Positions 39,186 through 52,430 of a stretch of 64,000 nt of DNA are shown here, piece after piece. The translations under genes and the position numbers were made by a program. The notes under the pieces were generated by a model. That model saw only the letters and a program-made list of their open reading frames with translations, did no database searches and was not told the DNA's origin. The DNA comes from Eledone cirrhosa. Its lineage: Eukaryota. The stretch is from assembly GCA_964016885.1 (NCBI GenBank), contig OZ024741.1, positions 199,330,001 through 199,394,000 on the forward strand, written 5' to 3'. Each line of letters starts with the position of its first letter. Position 1 is the stretch's first letter.

Positions 39186-40396
39186 CCCCCTCCCCCTGTG
39201 GTTGAGCTTAATTAGGAACATCTTATCCACACACACACACATATGAAGCTGATGATTCAATCCATCACAACTCAGAATTTCTAGCAGCTTGTGCTCATTC
39301 AGGTGAATGGAGAAACTTAATTGGGAATTTACAGAATAAAGTTATGAACATTCAAATTGTTTGATTTTCATTGGTTAACATGAGTATGAGCAGCCGGTTA
39401 TGGCCAATTGAAACAGAAAGATGTGAGAGAATTCTGGCCGGATATGGCCGGTTTAAATGCTAAAGGGTTAAACTAACAGTCTATCTGCCATATATTTACA
39501 TCAGCAACATTAACGGTAGAGAAGACTTTAGTAAATACCTCCATGTTCTTCATAAATTAATTCAGAAAAATTATATTTCATTGGAAATATGGTAACAAAA
39601 GTGTTAAATCTGTTTCAAAGAAATTATGGTGTTGTTGTTGAGTCTAAAGTCAACTCTAATCAATTAGGATTGTGATCATAAGCACTCCAGGCATGACATT
39701 CCAGTCTTTTTCTATATCTACAATTTTATTATACAAGGTACCAGTTTTTTCTAACCTTTCTGGCACCAAACCATCTGAAACTGCTCCTGGGTTCTATAAT
39801 ACACAACTGCTTGTTTCAAAGGCTTAATATTTATCTAAAAACCTGTCATTGTAATTTTATGTAGGAACCTTTCTTAAGTTATATTTCAAACACCAGCTTA
39901 ATAATGAGAAAGTGAGTTATATCACTAAATTTTCAAAAATCTTGTTTATTTTCAAAATGATTTGAAAAGCATAGGAATTGTCTTTCATTAGACATATAGT
40001 AACAAAAGAATTAAGACATTACATTGAATGCAATTTGGCTGCTATTCTAACACTTTGAGTAAGCACATAGATGTTTCCCCAATGACTTATCAAATTTAGG
40101 CAATGTGTATCCAGTTCAGATTAGATCTGATACATGCTGTATTCCTGCAAGCTGCAAGAAACAACCAAAGGGTTAGTCTCAGAAAGGGCATCTAGCTGTA
40201 AACCATTACTTCATAAAATACCATCCCACTCATGCCAGCATAAAAATGTAGACGTAAAAATGATGGTGATGAATAATTCAGTTGTTAAGTATTTTAGGAA
40301 TTGCTATGTAATACCATACTGTACTGTTGTTTTGTGGTTTTATATTTTAAAATGGCAATGTACATTTCTTTCTTTTTTATGATTTTTCACTTTTAG

Positions 40397-40610
40397 GCAA
40401 TCTCGAGCTGAGTTACAATCTCTGGCTCATCTCATTGAGTCTATGTGGACTCAGCACAATCCTCCAGTTTCACCAAACAGTCTGGATTTAGATCAAATGT
40501 TCAGCTTCCTGCAAGAAGAAAAGGCTAATGACCAATTGGAGGCAAATGATAAAGAAGAAGCAGTCAATCAGATAAATGAGGCCTTTGAAGTGCTGAATGA
40601 TCTATGGGAG
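40397..40610 (+). CDS. Internal coding exon of the same gene (proximal tail, likely MyTH4-FERM myosin of class VII/XXII type)
   Basis: TTTTTCACTTTTAG acceptor; phase-2 start completes the Arg codon; QSRAELQSLAHLIESMWTQHNPPVSPNSLDLDQMFSFLQEEKANDQLEANDKEEAVNQINEAFEVLNDLWE; donor GAG|GTAAAT. Family call from recalled similarity of the DLDxMFxFL motif. Confidence 0.8.
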
Positions 40611-40837
40611 GTAAATAGCAATATGTTTTTATTACTTGCCATTAAAACCAACTAGCTCTTCTCCTCTTTAATTTCACTTTATTGATTGTAATATTTCATC
40701 TGAAAGTATTATTCATCAACAGACAGAGGAACACATATACACTTTACACTTACATTTATGTGGGTGTGTATGTTTCTTTGTTTCTCTCTCTCTATATATA
40801 CACACGCACACACGCACACACACACACACACATATAT

Positions 40838-41077
40838 ATGGGAACTTCTCTATGCTGACGATCTGGTTCTTATAGCAGAATCAGTAGAGGAGCTAGAGAA
40901 TAAATTCTGGCTATGGAAACAGCAGTTGGAATTAAGACGACTGAGAGTGAACCTAGCTAAGACTAAAATGTTGATAAGTAGAAAAGAGGACAAAACTCTG
41001 ATTCCGTCAGGGAAATGGCCATGTTCGATATGCAGAAAAGGAACTGGCATGAATTCTATAAAATGTACACAATGTCA
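40838..41077 (+). pseudogene. RTE subfamily A internal fragment
   Basis: WELLYADDLVLIAE...KWPCSICRKGTGMNSIKCTQC. Confidence 0.9.
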
Positions 41078-41254
41078 GTTTATCTCCCCTGTTTGCTGAA
41101 AATTTAAATAAATGACATTGTCACTATTTTAAAACGATAGTGTAAGGTCTTCAAAATGCTTTTAATTAAGCATACAGTGTATTGCAAAATACACTATATA
41201 TACATTCATATATATATCGCTATTTCAGAGCACCAATTCTAATATATATATATA

Positions 41255-41581
41255 TCATCATCATCATCATCATTTCATTTTACGTCTGCTTTTTCCCTGC
41301 TTGAAAGGGTGGGACGGGAACTGATTCTGGCTTGATTTCTACAGCTGGATGCCCTTCCTAACACCAACCTCATTTACAGTGAGTGCTGGGTGCTCTTTTT
41401 CCATGGCACCTCCATGACCACTTTGCAGTGGAATGATAGGGACCCCTGTCCTATCATCTCATTTCTACAGCTGAGTAAACTGGAGCAATGTGAAATAAAG
41501 TGTCTTGCTCAAGGAAACAACACATCACCTGGTCTGAGAATTGAACTCACAACCTTTCGATTGCAAGGCCAATACTCTAAC

Positions 41582-41586
<5 letters not shown>
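41255..41586 (-). mobile_element. SINE family 2
   Basis: Near-identical to 9628-9940. Confidence 0.85.
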
Positions 41587-41641
<55 letters not shown>

Positions 41642-41984
41642 CACTTATCGACTCCTCTTTGGATTTTGGTCTTTAGATTTATTATTACTATATATATATA
41701 TATATGTATAAAAAGGTAAACAGAAATAGTCAAAATAACAAAACAAACAGCACAGTACATGGAAGAAATATATTATACACACATGCATACACATGAACAT
41801 GTTCCTATTATATTTAAACATTTTTTACAACTTCTCTTATTGGTGTATTAAAATGTAAGGCAATTTATTTGAATTAAATTTACTCTGATGAGCTATTCTA
41901 ACTGAAATGAACTCTTCATTCCTGTTAGTCTAGCATTTGTAAGTCCATTAAATGTTTTGATAATCCTTGCCTAAACTTTTGTTA

Positions 41985-42025
<41 letters not shown>

Positions 42026-43714
42026 GTATATGTGTGTGGATATATATATATATTAAGAAAAGGAAGAGATGGTATCATATATTCAACAATATTTTATTCT
42101 GTTACATCATCCTCTTATACATATTTCAAAGGTACAGGAAGGTTGTTATTCAATGATTATTCAATATATTTTTGTCAGACTGGAAGTTTGAATGTAAATA
42201 AAAGTAAAGTTTGCTGCCGTGGAAGGCGTGTTTACATCTCAGCGTTTCGCAAGCATATATATATATAATTTTTTTTATTACATCAACAGTACACTTTCCA
42301 AATACACATGTTTCACTGAGTAAGACTTACAGACTCTCTTAGATTCTCTGTTCAACCATCATATAATGTTTGTATTTTTACATAACACAACTCATCCCTT
42401 AGATTGGTGAAAGATGGTAATGAAATGGTTAAATTGGCTTCCAAATTTCACAGACCTACAATTATTTTATTTAACTCTGGGAAAACTTTCATTCCCATAT
42501 AAATTATCTCCAGACATGTTTTGTGGTCTGTCTCATATTGAATATGCAAAGTCAGGAATGGGACAATGTTGCTATGCAAATACTTACTGACTGAATATTA
42601 ATAACATTCAAAATTCTATTAATGATATGTAAATGCCTCCATAGCAATGCTCTTGTTATATTTTTAACCTCTTTATATTAAGAATTTTTGCTGGACAATA
42701 TAATGTTCAAACATCAAATATAGTGACCAAGTTTCTACTGGAATACCGTTTAAGCAGATATTAATAATAAAGCATTACACTAAACACCTATTATTCCTCT
42801 TCTTTGTGTGTAAAATCAATCATATTAGTCATCATCCTTTGATATATATTGTACTGTAACCTGTAGTCTGAACAATGTCGGAGCTTTCCATTTCTGACTT
42901 TAAGCAATTGTAGCATTCTAGAAATATTCTTTATTTATTTAATATTTTCACTGTTATTATAGCTAGTTCATATAATAGATTTAATTGATTCTTATGAGTA
43001 AAAGCAAGATATAATATAAGACACTCTGCTCAGATGGTGTATGTGTAAATCTGCTAAAGGCAGAAAAACAAATGTTTCTGAACATAACATGCCTCAATTT
43101 ACCTAACTATTGTGAATGAATACCAAATCCAGGAAGATTCATTGTTTTCATGTCTGACTTGGGGAGACAATTGGACGTTAACCCCTCCAGAGTATCCTTT
43201 ATTAGAAGATCTTGTAAATTCTCCACCTACAGGACCACCTTGAATTGTATTTGACTTGATAGTTGGTAAGTTTTCATTAATTGAACTACTACATTCATTA
43301 TGTTGATAAAAAAAATTTGACTTAGAATTATGAAAAAATTCTTGGACCAGCTCATGGTTGATGATCCATTACTTTTAGTTTAGATTAAATGAAAATATAT
43401 TTATTTTTCAGGAAGTTACAATAATTATAACATTGAACATTATTCAAAATATCATTTTCTCCAATCTTTAAGATTATTAAGTTGATAGGAAACACATTTG
43501 GTGAGATAACTTTTGTATTTTTACAGTCTAAATTTTCATTGAACTAAAGGCAAAGGAAGTGAAGTATTTATCTAAGGATGTAACAGATGCATGGAATTAT
43601 GTGATAATGGCCCACTAGTGTGTGTCTAATACTGATTTAGTTAGTTTGAGTCAGTGTTTTCTATTTATTATTGCTTTAGAGGGAGAGAGAGAAGTTTTTC
43701 AAGACATATCCAAA

Positions 43715-44020
43715 TCTGGAATTTTGGCAAAAGGGAAAGTCAATTAAATTGACTCCAGGACTTGATTGGTACTTTATTTTACTGACCCTAAAAGGAGGAA
43801 AGACAAAGTTGACCTTGGTGATTTGAACTAAAAACTTAAAGAGTTGGAATGAGTACCTCCAAGCAACACCATAACTGTTTCTACTTTTGGCACAAGGCCA
43901 GCAATTACCCAGTACAGTACTGGTACTTTATTTTATCGACCCCAAAAGGCAAAGTTAACCTTGGCAGGATTTGAACTCAGACCGTAAAGGGACGTAACTA
44001 TGACTGCCAATTTGCTGCCT
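43715..44020 (-). mobile_element. Two SINE family 1 copies
   Basis: Consensus match. Confidence 0.8.
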
Positions 44021-44609
44021 TACAAACCTGATCTAATTACAAGAAATACAATTAACTTAGGAGAAAAAGGAACTTACAACTTTAACCCCTTCATCTCACT
44101 TTGTATTGATATCAGACTCATGTTGAAATGAAATGTTTTTAGTTGCTTATTATAAATCTATAACCAATATATTAGACAGTAAAAACAATGATGGATTGTG
44201 CTTGTTCATACTGTGAAATGTACCCTGTAATCTGAGGCAAGTGGAGTAATATGCAAGTAGCTCTAATTTGAGCTACTTGGGTATATGGTAATCATGCATA
44301 TGTTATCTACTTTAAATATTTGCTGTATCTGGAAAAGAATGAAGAGAAAGAAATCTGTTCCTTGGATATTCTACTAAAACAGTTAGCACATTAATAAATT
44401 CAATTATTCAAACCCTAAACTATTGGCATTCTTCATAATGAACAAAAATATAGAGCAGAATTAGAGGTTGAATCAATGAACAGCAATACATATAGCAAGA
44501 GAAAACAAAAGAGATTGAGGGAAAGGTGTTAAGTAAGAGAAAGGGAACAGAATAGATACATTAATAAAAAGGAGTGAACAAGAGAGAGATGGGAGAGGGG
44601 AAGAGTGAG

Positions 44610-44612
<3 letters not shown>

Positions 44613-44653
<41 letters not shown>

Positions 44654-44668
44654 CATGTGTGTGTGTTC
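44613..44668. repeat. (TG)n microsatellite
   Basis: Direct reading. Confidence 0.95.
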
Positions 44669-45762
44669 GTGTATAAAAGTTGTCTAAGACACTATGAAAT
44701 ACTTCTCCTAAGCTGCCAATTCTGATAAAAGTTTTGTCTTAAGTTGCATTGTTACCTTTGAAGATAAACCCATGTGCCAAAAGTAGATGATAGATTTATT
44801 TGAAATCTCAGTGTAGCTTGCTACAAAGATCAATGCTTGTAAAGTCTTCTGAGACATTTTGCTCTGACTCTAACTTTAGCCTACTTCCACTGTTTCTCCA
44901 GGAATAATGCCAACAATTTTGTTCATGGCTGGGCAGGCAGGTTGGCAAGTGGGGTGGGTAAGACAACAGTAGTGAAACTGTTATTTAATCAATGCTTAGC
45001 TTGTAATTGAAGAGAACAGTAAGTCTTTCACTTAATCAAGGGAATGATTGGTCTGAATTTTGCCACTCATCCTGGCAGTATTTAATTACTGTACAAACAC
45101 CAATGTTCATTTCAACAATGTTTTTTTCATTGACTTTAATTAACTTAACAATTAGAGGATCTTTTTATTAATTTTTTTTTGCTTTCTAATCCAATGTAAT
45201 TGATTTCATCTCATTTGCCTCTTTTATATGGTTTCTGACTTAGGCACAAACCAGCAGTTTTTTAAGGGGAAGGAAAAAATTAATTAAATCAGCCCCAGTA
45301 CTTGGCTGGTACTTTGTTTTAACAACCCCAGAAAGATAAAAGGCAAAGTTGGCCTTGGCAGAATTTGAATTCAGTATGTAAAGGACTAACTATTTGCTGC
45401 AAAGCATTTTGTCTGCTGTTCTACTGATTCATGCCAATGACCTATACTTTTTGCTTTCTATATATTTTACTCGGTTGTAGCCAACATAACTACTTAACCA
45501 CCTCACACTTGAATTGTTAGTGTAGGAATGGCCAGCTGTTTAAAAAAAACAATTATATCCCAAACATTTCATGGAGAATGCCTGAATTACTTGCAAATGT
45601 AAAGATTTGTTACTTCATGCTGAACTAACTCCAACAGTTTCTCAGTATTAACAGAAATATAGCTTTCCTGGATATAGAACAGCTATTTAATAGTGCAGCA
45701 AGACAATCAGCCCACAAGCATTCAACACCAATCATCCAAATTAATTCCATATATGTAGAAAA

Positions 45763-46056
45763 TGGTGTATTTTATTAGACAGCTACAGCAATGCAAATGG
45801 GACATTAAATGTTATAAATATGATAAAGTTGCTGGAATGTTACTTTGGAGTTGTTTAATGGTCCTTAATATTTCAAGATAAAATACCTTCATTAAAAGAA
45901 GAATTAAGGGAGCTAATTCGGTGTAGGATATGGGGATTTTATCTCAGAATATTAAGGCTTATTAAACTACTCCAAGGTAACATTCTATGTTTGTTATCAT
46001 ATTTTAACATTTACTATTCCATTTGCATTGCTGTAGCCTTATTATAAAACACACCT
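45763..46056. repeat. ~290-bp imperfect palindrome
   Basis: GCTACAGCAATGCAAATGG...CCATTTGCATTGCTGTAGC; GAATGTTACTTTGGAGT / ACTCCAAGGTAACATTC. Confidence 0.8.
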
Positions 46057-46162
46057 TTTTCTATACTTTACACAATGCTTCAAGCAAACTACAGCACCAT
46101 CTTGATTCAACATCTTAAAATTTCATGTTCCTATTAGCAATTAATGTTTGTAATATATATTT

Positions 46163-46322
46163 TGGTAAGAAATTCTCAGGGGAGCTGGACAGCAGAAGGC
46201 CTTCAGAAAAGAAATTCCCCTCAAGTAAGTGTTTCAGAAGTTAAGGGCTGAAACACTCGCTTGAGGGTGGGTTCTTCTCTGAAGACCATCTACTGTCCAG
46301 ATCTCCTGAGAATATTTTACCA
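46163..46322. repeat. ~160-bp palindromic MITE-like element (half copy at 48660-48750)
   Basis: TGGTAAG...TTCTCAGG...GTGTTTCAG / CTGAAACAC...CCTGAGAA...TTACCA. Confidence 0.8.
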
Positions 46323-46888
46323 CTGTAGCCTTCTAATAAAACACACCATCTTCTATACTTTACACAATGCTTCATGCATTAATTCAACATCTTAAAATGT
46401 CATGTTCCTCTTAGCCATTAATGTTTGTAATATTTATTTTGTCAATTCTGGACAAAAGAAATGCTATATAGATCAACATATGTCTTAGATGATTGGTATC
46501 AAACTTGGTGCTCATCAAAGTGACTCATGAAATCCAGTAAAATGCAAGTAAAATGTTTTTGAAAGGAAAACAATGGATACTTAAGATTATATGTTCTAGT
46601 TCTGCTGAAGACATTTTACTCAATTTTTTGTAATCAATTTTTCGTAATAGTCTTCACTTCTTGAGTGAAAGGTTAACATTCAGAAACTATGATGTAGTGA
46701 TATATCTGGTAACTCATGGAAATGTGTAATTTTGAAGAAATATTTGATCCATAGTAGAAATATATTATAAAGCATGGCAATAAAAAAAAAAAAAAAATGA
46801 AATTTCATTATACATTGCTGGAAAAACATTGTTTTTAGAAGAAATGATGATGGAATGATATGGATGAATATTATCTGTGCCTGTCAAA

Positions 46889-47075
46889 TGGCGGTGATTT
46901 GGCAGCATCGGTAGAAGGTCGGACGCCATGCTTTCCAGCATAGTTACGTCCCTTTACGATCCGAGTTCAAATCCCGTCGAAGTTAACTTTGCCTTTCATC
47001 CTTACGGGGTCGATAAAATAAAGTACCAGTAATGCACTGGGTAATTGCTGACCTTGTGCCAAACGTAGAAACAAT
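46889..47075 (+). mobile_element. SINE family 1 with 19-bp TSD
   Basis: TSD ATTATCTGTGCCTGTCAAA at 46870 and 47074. Confidence 0.93.
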
Positions 47076-47713
47076 TATCTGTGCCTGTCAAACCATTTCT
47101 GTCACTTGTATTAGTGATGAGAATATTGGAGGCTGTTATGGAAATTGTGGTGGTTGGTGGCATTGATAAATATAATAATGGTTTTATTGATGCCAGACAT
47201 AATAGGATTGATGATGATGATGATGATGATGGTGGTGGTGATTTTATTGTTCATGGTGTTAGAGGCAAAGTGGGTATTGGCAAAGAAATTGGTGTAGAAA
47301 TTTCAAAATGGATGATGGTATTGGTGATATGCCTGTGATAAAAACAGTTACTATCATACCACCATCTTAACCACAGTAGTGGTCAGGGTGTCAACAATGA
47401 CCAATGTGACAATGATTAATGATAGTTGAAATTTTTCAATATCCTCATCATCATCATCATCGTTTAATATCCATCTTCCATGCTAGCATGGGTTGGACGG
47501 TTTTGACCCACTTGAGGTAAAATTCACAACATTTTCATCTGTCGAACACCCGAAATAATAATTGTCCACTGAAACAAGACATGCGTATTCAACAGGTGAA
47601 AGCGTGAATTTAACCTAATTTTGTATATTATAATTAGTCTTTCAGACTGAGTGCTCTGCCAACTTTGGATATAAAATTTTTTTAACAAAATCCACTACAT
47701 TATATATATATAT

Positions 47714-47905
47714 GGGGCAGTGGATTGGCAGTATCGGTAGAGCGTCAGACAACATGCTTTGCAGCATAGAGTGATGGCCCTTTACTTTCTGAGTTCAAAT
47801 CTTGCCACGGTTAACTTTACCTTTCATCCTTACGGGGTCGATAAAATAAAGTACCAGCAATACACTGGGGTAATTGCTGGCCTTTTGCCAAAAGTAGAAA
47901 CAACT
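47714..47905 (+). mobile_element. SINE family 1 inserted in (TA)n
   Basis: Consensus match. Confidence 0.88.
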
Positions 47906-48191
47906 ATATATATATATATATATAATTTTCCCAATCACAGCTCACCCCTTTTCTCTCATTCCATTTTTTGCTCTTTTTCTCTGTCTTAACATATTTATTG
48001 ATTGATGTAGAAAGAGAAATAACCTGTCTGATTGTTATATATGTTTTTTATATAGTTTTATTACTGTTTGAATTTTCATGCAGTTTATTATTGATTTTAT
48101 ATTGAAATATTTTATGTAGTTTTTAGTAGTTGTTACATTGTTATAGTATCAATGACATTATTTCAATATTATTTCAGCTCTAACATGGTTC

Positions 48192-48420
48192 CTGCTGGCC
48201 TTGTGCCAAAAGTAGAAACAATTATTATCGGTGGATTGGCAGTATCGGTAGAGGGTCGGACGCCATGCTTTGATGCATAGAGTTACGGCCCTTGCCATTC
48301 TGAGTTCAAATCCCGCCGAGGTTAACTTTGCCTTTCATCCTTACGGGGTCGATAAAATAAAGTACCAGTAATGCACTGGGTAATTGCTGGCCTTGTGCCA
48401 AAAGTAGAAACAATTATTAT
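48192..48420 (+). mobile_element. SINE family 1 (3' stub plus near-full copy)
   Basis: Consensus match. Confidence 0.9.
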
Positions 48421-48754
48421 CATCAAATGCATATAAATCTAATGTTGGTGTTATATTTCTTATGTATTTAATATTGTTAGTACTTTACTGAGGTTTTCAT
48501 TGTTGTTTTGTTATATTATAAGAGTTTTATAGTAAATGTTTATGACTTTCGTACATATTCTATGTTTGTTGTATATGATACAGTATATTGTGTTATTATA
48601 GTCTATATATAGTGTTGCTATAGTGTGTTACAGTATATAGTGTTGCTATAGTGTGTTGGTGGTAAAAAAAACTCTCAGGAGAGCAGGACAACAGAGGGCT
48701 TTCAGAGAAGAAACCCTCTCAAGCGAGTGTTTTGGCCCTTAACTTCATACACTC

Positions 48755-49720
48755 TAAGGGGCCTGGGCTGCATCCAGGTCATGACTCCTGGGTACCCTTC
48801 TACTGGCATTTAGCCATTCAGAAATCGGAAACTTGCTGTGTATATAAACTGTATGGAGATTTTGTTGATGGGATCTAGCTGGAATTTCTCGCTGTTGTCT
48901 CTGATTTCAAACTTATATTTAAATGCTTTCTTGAATTGGAAAAATAATGTTGGTAGTCATGGTAGCAGTGAGATATTACCAGAACTGTCGCCAACACTAC
49001 ACACCATGACTGACTCAGAGTTACTTCCCTTAGCATGCATTAAAATACAAACCTGATGCCTCTCGCGTGGTATGGAGGTTGTTTTTGTTCCTCCTCAAAC
49101 AGATCCAGCTGGAATTCCTTCCACTGCTTCTGATATTGCCTTTAGGGCTTTAGTCTTTGTCTTCCCAGAGACTGAAAATTGTTTCATGAGATTGTAGGCA
49201 GATTTGCCCACAAAGCCTCTGACTCCAACTTCTAAGGTGAGAACTTTGACACAGAAGTCGACTTCCCTCAGGCTGTTGGCCAAACTGGTGTATTTTTCAG
49301 TCTTGAATATGTGTGCTTCTTCTAATCTACTTTCAAATGGCAGGGTAAGTTCAATCTAAATCAGCTGTTTTGATGAACTGTAATGGAGTACAGTATCCAG
49401 CCACAAACCACTTTTTCTGATGATTTCTGGTTGTTTTGCTGACCCTGGGAGGTCTGCTATACACTCATTCATCCACATAACCCAGAATACTCAATACCCA
49501 TGCCCTGTATCGCATAACTGTTCCTGGCCATGATTTGCTTCCTCCTGCCGTATAAAATGTTGTTGAAGATTCTCGTACTATGTATTTTACTTTTGCCATA
49601 CTTACCACATTTATGAGCTCCTTCAACATTTGATTGTGTCTCCACATGTATCTACCATGGACTAGGGCTACTCTGCATAAGCTCAAACCATGTCCCACTG
49701 CCTGTTTACCCTAGCAGAGT
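48755..49720 (-). pseudogene. Hero-like (RLE) non-LTR retrotransposon 3' fragment
   Basis: HGLSLCRVALVHGRYMWRHNQML, IELTLPFE, KTEKYTSL, LEVGVRGF restriction-like endonuclease motifs. Confidence 0.8.
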
Positions 49721-49914
49721 GTGTTATAGTATATAGTGTTACTATGGTGTGTTATAATATATAGTGTTATGATAATGTTACTATAGTGTCTTGTATTATA
49801 CAGTGTTACTATAGCATGTTATAGTATATAGTGTTGTTATAGTATGTTATAGGTGTTTTGTACGTTATTATGGTTATATTATTATATTGTTATAATTTTA
49901 ATATATTTCATCAT

Positions 49915-50160
49915 CATCACTGTTTAACGTCCATTTTCCACGCTTGCATGGGTTAGATGTGTTGTCCCATTAGAGGCAAGTTGTGTCTTACTCATATAGG
50001 ACACTGTTTCTGGCTAGGTTTCTACAGTTGGATGCCCTTCTTAACACCAGCCACATTTACAGTGTGTGCTGGGGGCTTTTTGTTGTGACACCTACATGAC
50101 CACTACAGTGTGGACTGGATGCTTTTTTGTTGTGATACCAAATAACTTTACAGTGAGTGT
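49915..50160 (-). mobile_element. RTE-type 3' UTR fragment
   Basis: (CAT)n, CCACGCTTGCATGGGTT, GGATGCCCTTC. Confidence 0.7.
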
Positions 50161-50448
50161 ACAGACGTGGGGGGTGTATGGAAGTGAGGTGTGGTGGTTA
50201 AGATGAGCCTGTTAGATGCATATTTTAATATAGTTTCTTTTCTCAATTGGATATTAATACTTTTAATTAAAGCCTGAAAAAAAATTAATTTTTATCCTAA
50301 AAGCTTTCAGTAACAACAACAACAAATTTTACAAAACCTACACACACACACACACACACACAAATATATAGTTTATTCAATTTCAATAATCATATACTCA
50401 TATTTATTATATGTATATACCTATTGTTTATGCTGTATTATGTATATA

Positions 50449-50511
<63 letters not shown>

Positions 50512-50699
50512 TAATACATACATATTCATGGGAAAACAAGTTATAGATTTTCTATAGCTCACATTTCTGTCATTAGCATAATCTTTTTTATTTCTTAAAC
50601 TAGTATTGTATTTATATCTATAGTAGTATTAATACATGTGTACATGTATGTGTAGATTTGTAATGTCTGTGTGTAGCTATATACATATGTGTGTGTAGA

Positions 50700-50734
<35 letters not shown>

Positions 50735-50834
50735 AATGCAAAGGAGAGGTATTGTCTAGACACATGTATCCATATATATATATATATATCATCATCATCA
50801 TCATCCTCATTTTACGTCCGCTTTTCCATGCTTG

Positions 50835-52430
50835 AAAGTAACAAAAAGAGTTATAGCACAGCTGGTTAGGGACTAGCTTAACCTAGATGAGATGCAGTTC
50901 AGATTTGTGCCAGATGCCCTCTTCCTTGTGAAGCAGCTACAAGAGAAGTACCTTGTTAAATGTGATCCGTTCTACCTGGCATTTGTTGATCTTCAGAAAG
51001 CTTTTGATAGAGAGCCCCACCCCCCTGCCTGTGCCTTAATCCGGTGGTTTCTAGTAGAAGATGAGTGGCTTGTGAAGGCTGTACAAGCCATGTATAGCCA
51101 TACTCCTGTATGCAGATGATTTCATGCTCATAGCTGAATCTGGTAGAATTAGAGAAAAAATTCCAAGCTTGGAAGCATGGCTTAGAAACAAAGGATCTTA
51201 AAGTCAACCTGACAAAACTAAGGTCCTAGTAAGTAGAAGGGAGAACAGATTCATGATCCTCTCGAGGAAATGGCCTTGCTCAGTGTGTAGGAAATGTGTA
51301 GGTAGAAATTCCATCCTCTGTCCCAAATGCAAACTATGGGTACACAAGAGATGGGATCTCAGGTAGCTCAGCTAAGAATGTAGGTTTTATATGTGGCTAT
51401 TGCACCGGAGCAGTAAGTAGCAAACAACAGCAATAGCAAACAAGCGCTATGAAATTCTGGGAAAGTTTGGTAGAAGTAGTAGACAGCTTCTGCTACCTAG
51501 GTGACCAAATTAGCAGTGGAGGTGGTTGTTCTGAAAGTACAGCAGCCAGAGTGAGGAGAGTATGGAAGAAGTTCAAGGAGCTACTACCACTTCTGGCTAC
51601 AAAAGGCTTTTCGCTCAAAATGAAAGGCAGATTGTATGATACATGTATGTGAGTAGCAATGTTGCATGGTAATGAGGCCTGGGTGCTGCATGCAGAGAGG
51701 ACTTATGAAGATTGGAAAGAAATGAAGCTTGCATACTTCAATGGATGTGTAATAGATTATATAATCTGTGAACAGCAAAGCACAAACGAACTGAGAGAGA
51801 AACAAGGCATAAGAGGAATCATATGCAGTGTGCAGGAGAGGAGATTGCATTGGTATATGGACATGTGATATGTATGACGGATGACAGCTGTATAAAAAGA
51901 TGCAGAGTGCTCAAAGTTGATGAAAGCTATGGAGTGGGGAGACCCAGAAAGACTTGAGATGAGGTAATAAAAGCTGACTGTGGACAATTGCACCTCTCAA
52001 AGGTGATGATGCAGGACCGAGATCTCTGGTATTATACAGTAATACAGAAGACCCACTTTCCCATGAGTACAGGCTGAAGCATACAAAGAGTATTCACCCA
52101 CACCCACCCCTTCCATACACCTCCTATGAGCACAAGCTGAAGCATACAGCTGGTATGTATCACCTTCACCTTCATACCCCCTTCCACACACCTCCCATCA
52201 CACATGCCCATATACCTACCTCCCTAATCCCCATGCACCCTTCCCACCAAAGCACCCAACCCACACTGTAAAGTGGTCGTGTAGGTCTCACAACAAGAAG
52301 CACCCAGTAAATGTCGTTAGGAAGGGCATCCAGCCATAGAAACCAAGCCAAATTCAGTTCTGTGTGAGCAAGACATGGTCATCTGACATCAATTTGCCTC
52401 AAAATGGCCGTTAAACAGTGGGGATGATAT
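50835..52430 (+). pseudogene. Degraded RTE LINE subfamily B with 3' UTR
   Basis: AFVDLQKAFDR, YADD, VVDSFCYLGD, GRLYDTC, QERRLHW. Confidence 0.88.

Noticed and set aside
43133-43243. Possible terminal exon EDSLFSCLTWGDNWTLTPPEYPLLEDLVNSPPTGPP*
   Set aside because: Acceptor lacks a polypyrimidine tract; no recognisable homology
46240-46295. GAAACAC...CTGAAGA, possible type II hammerhead
   Set aside because: Stems do not pair and the related copy at 48700 lacks CTGANGA
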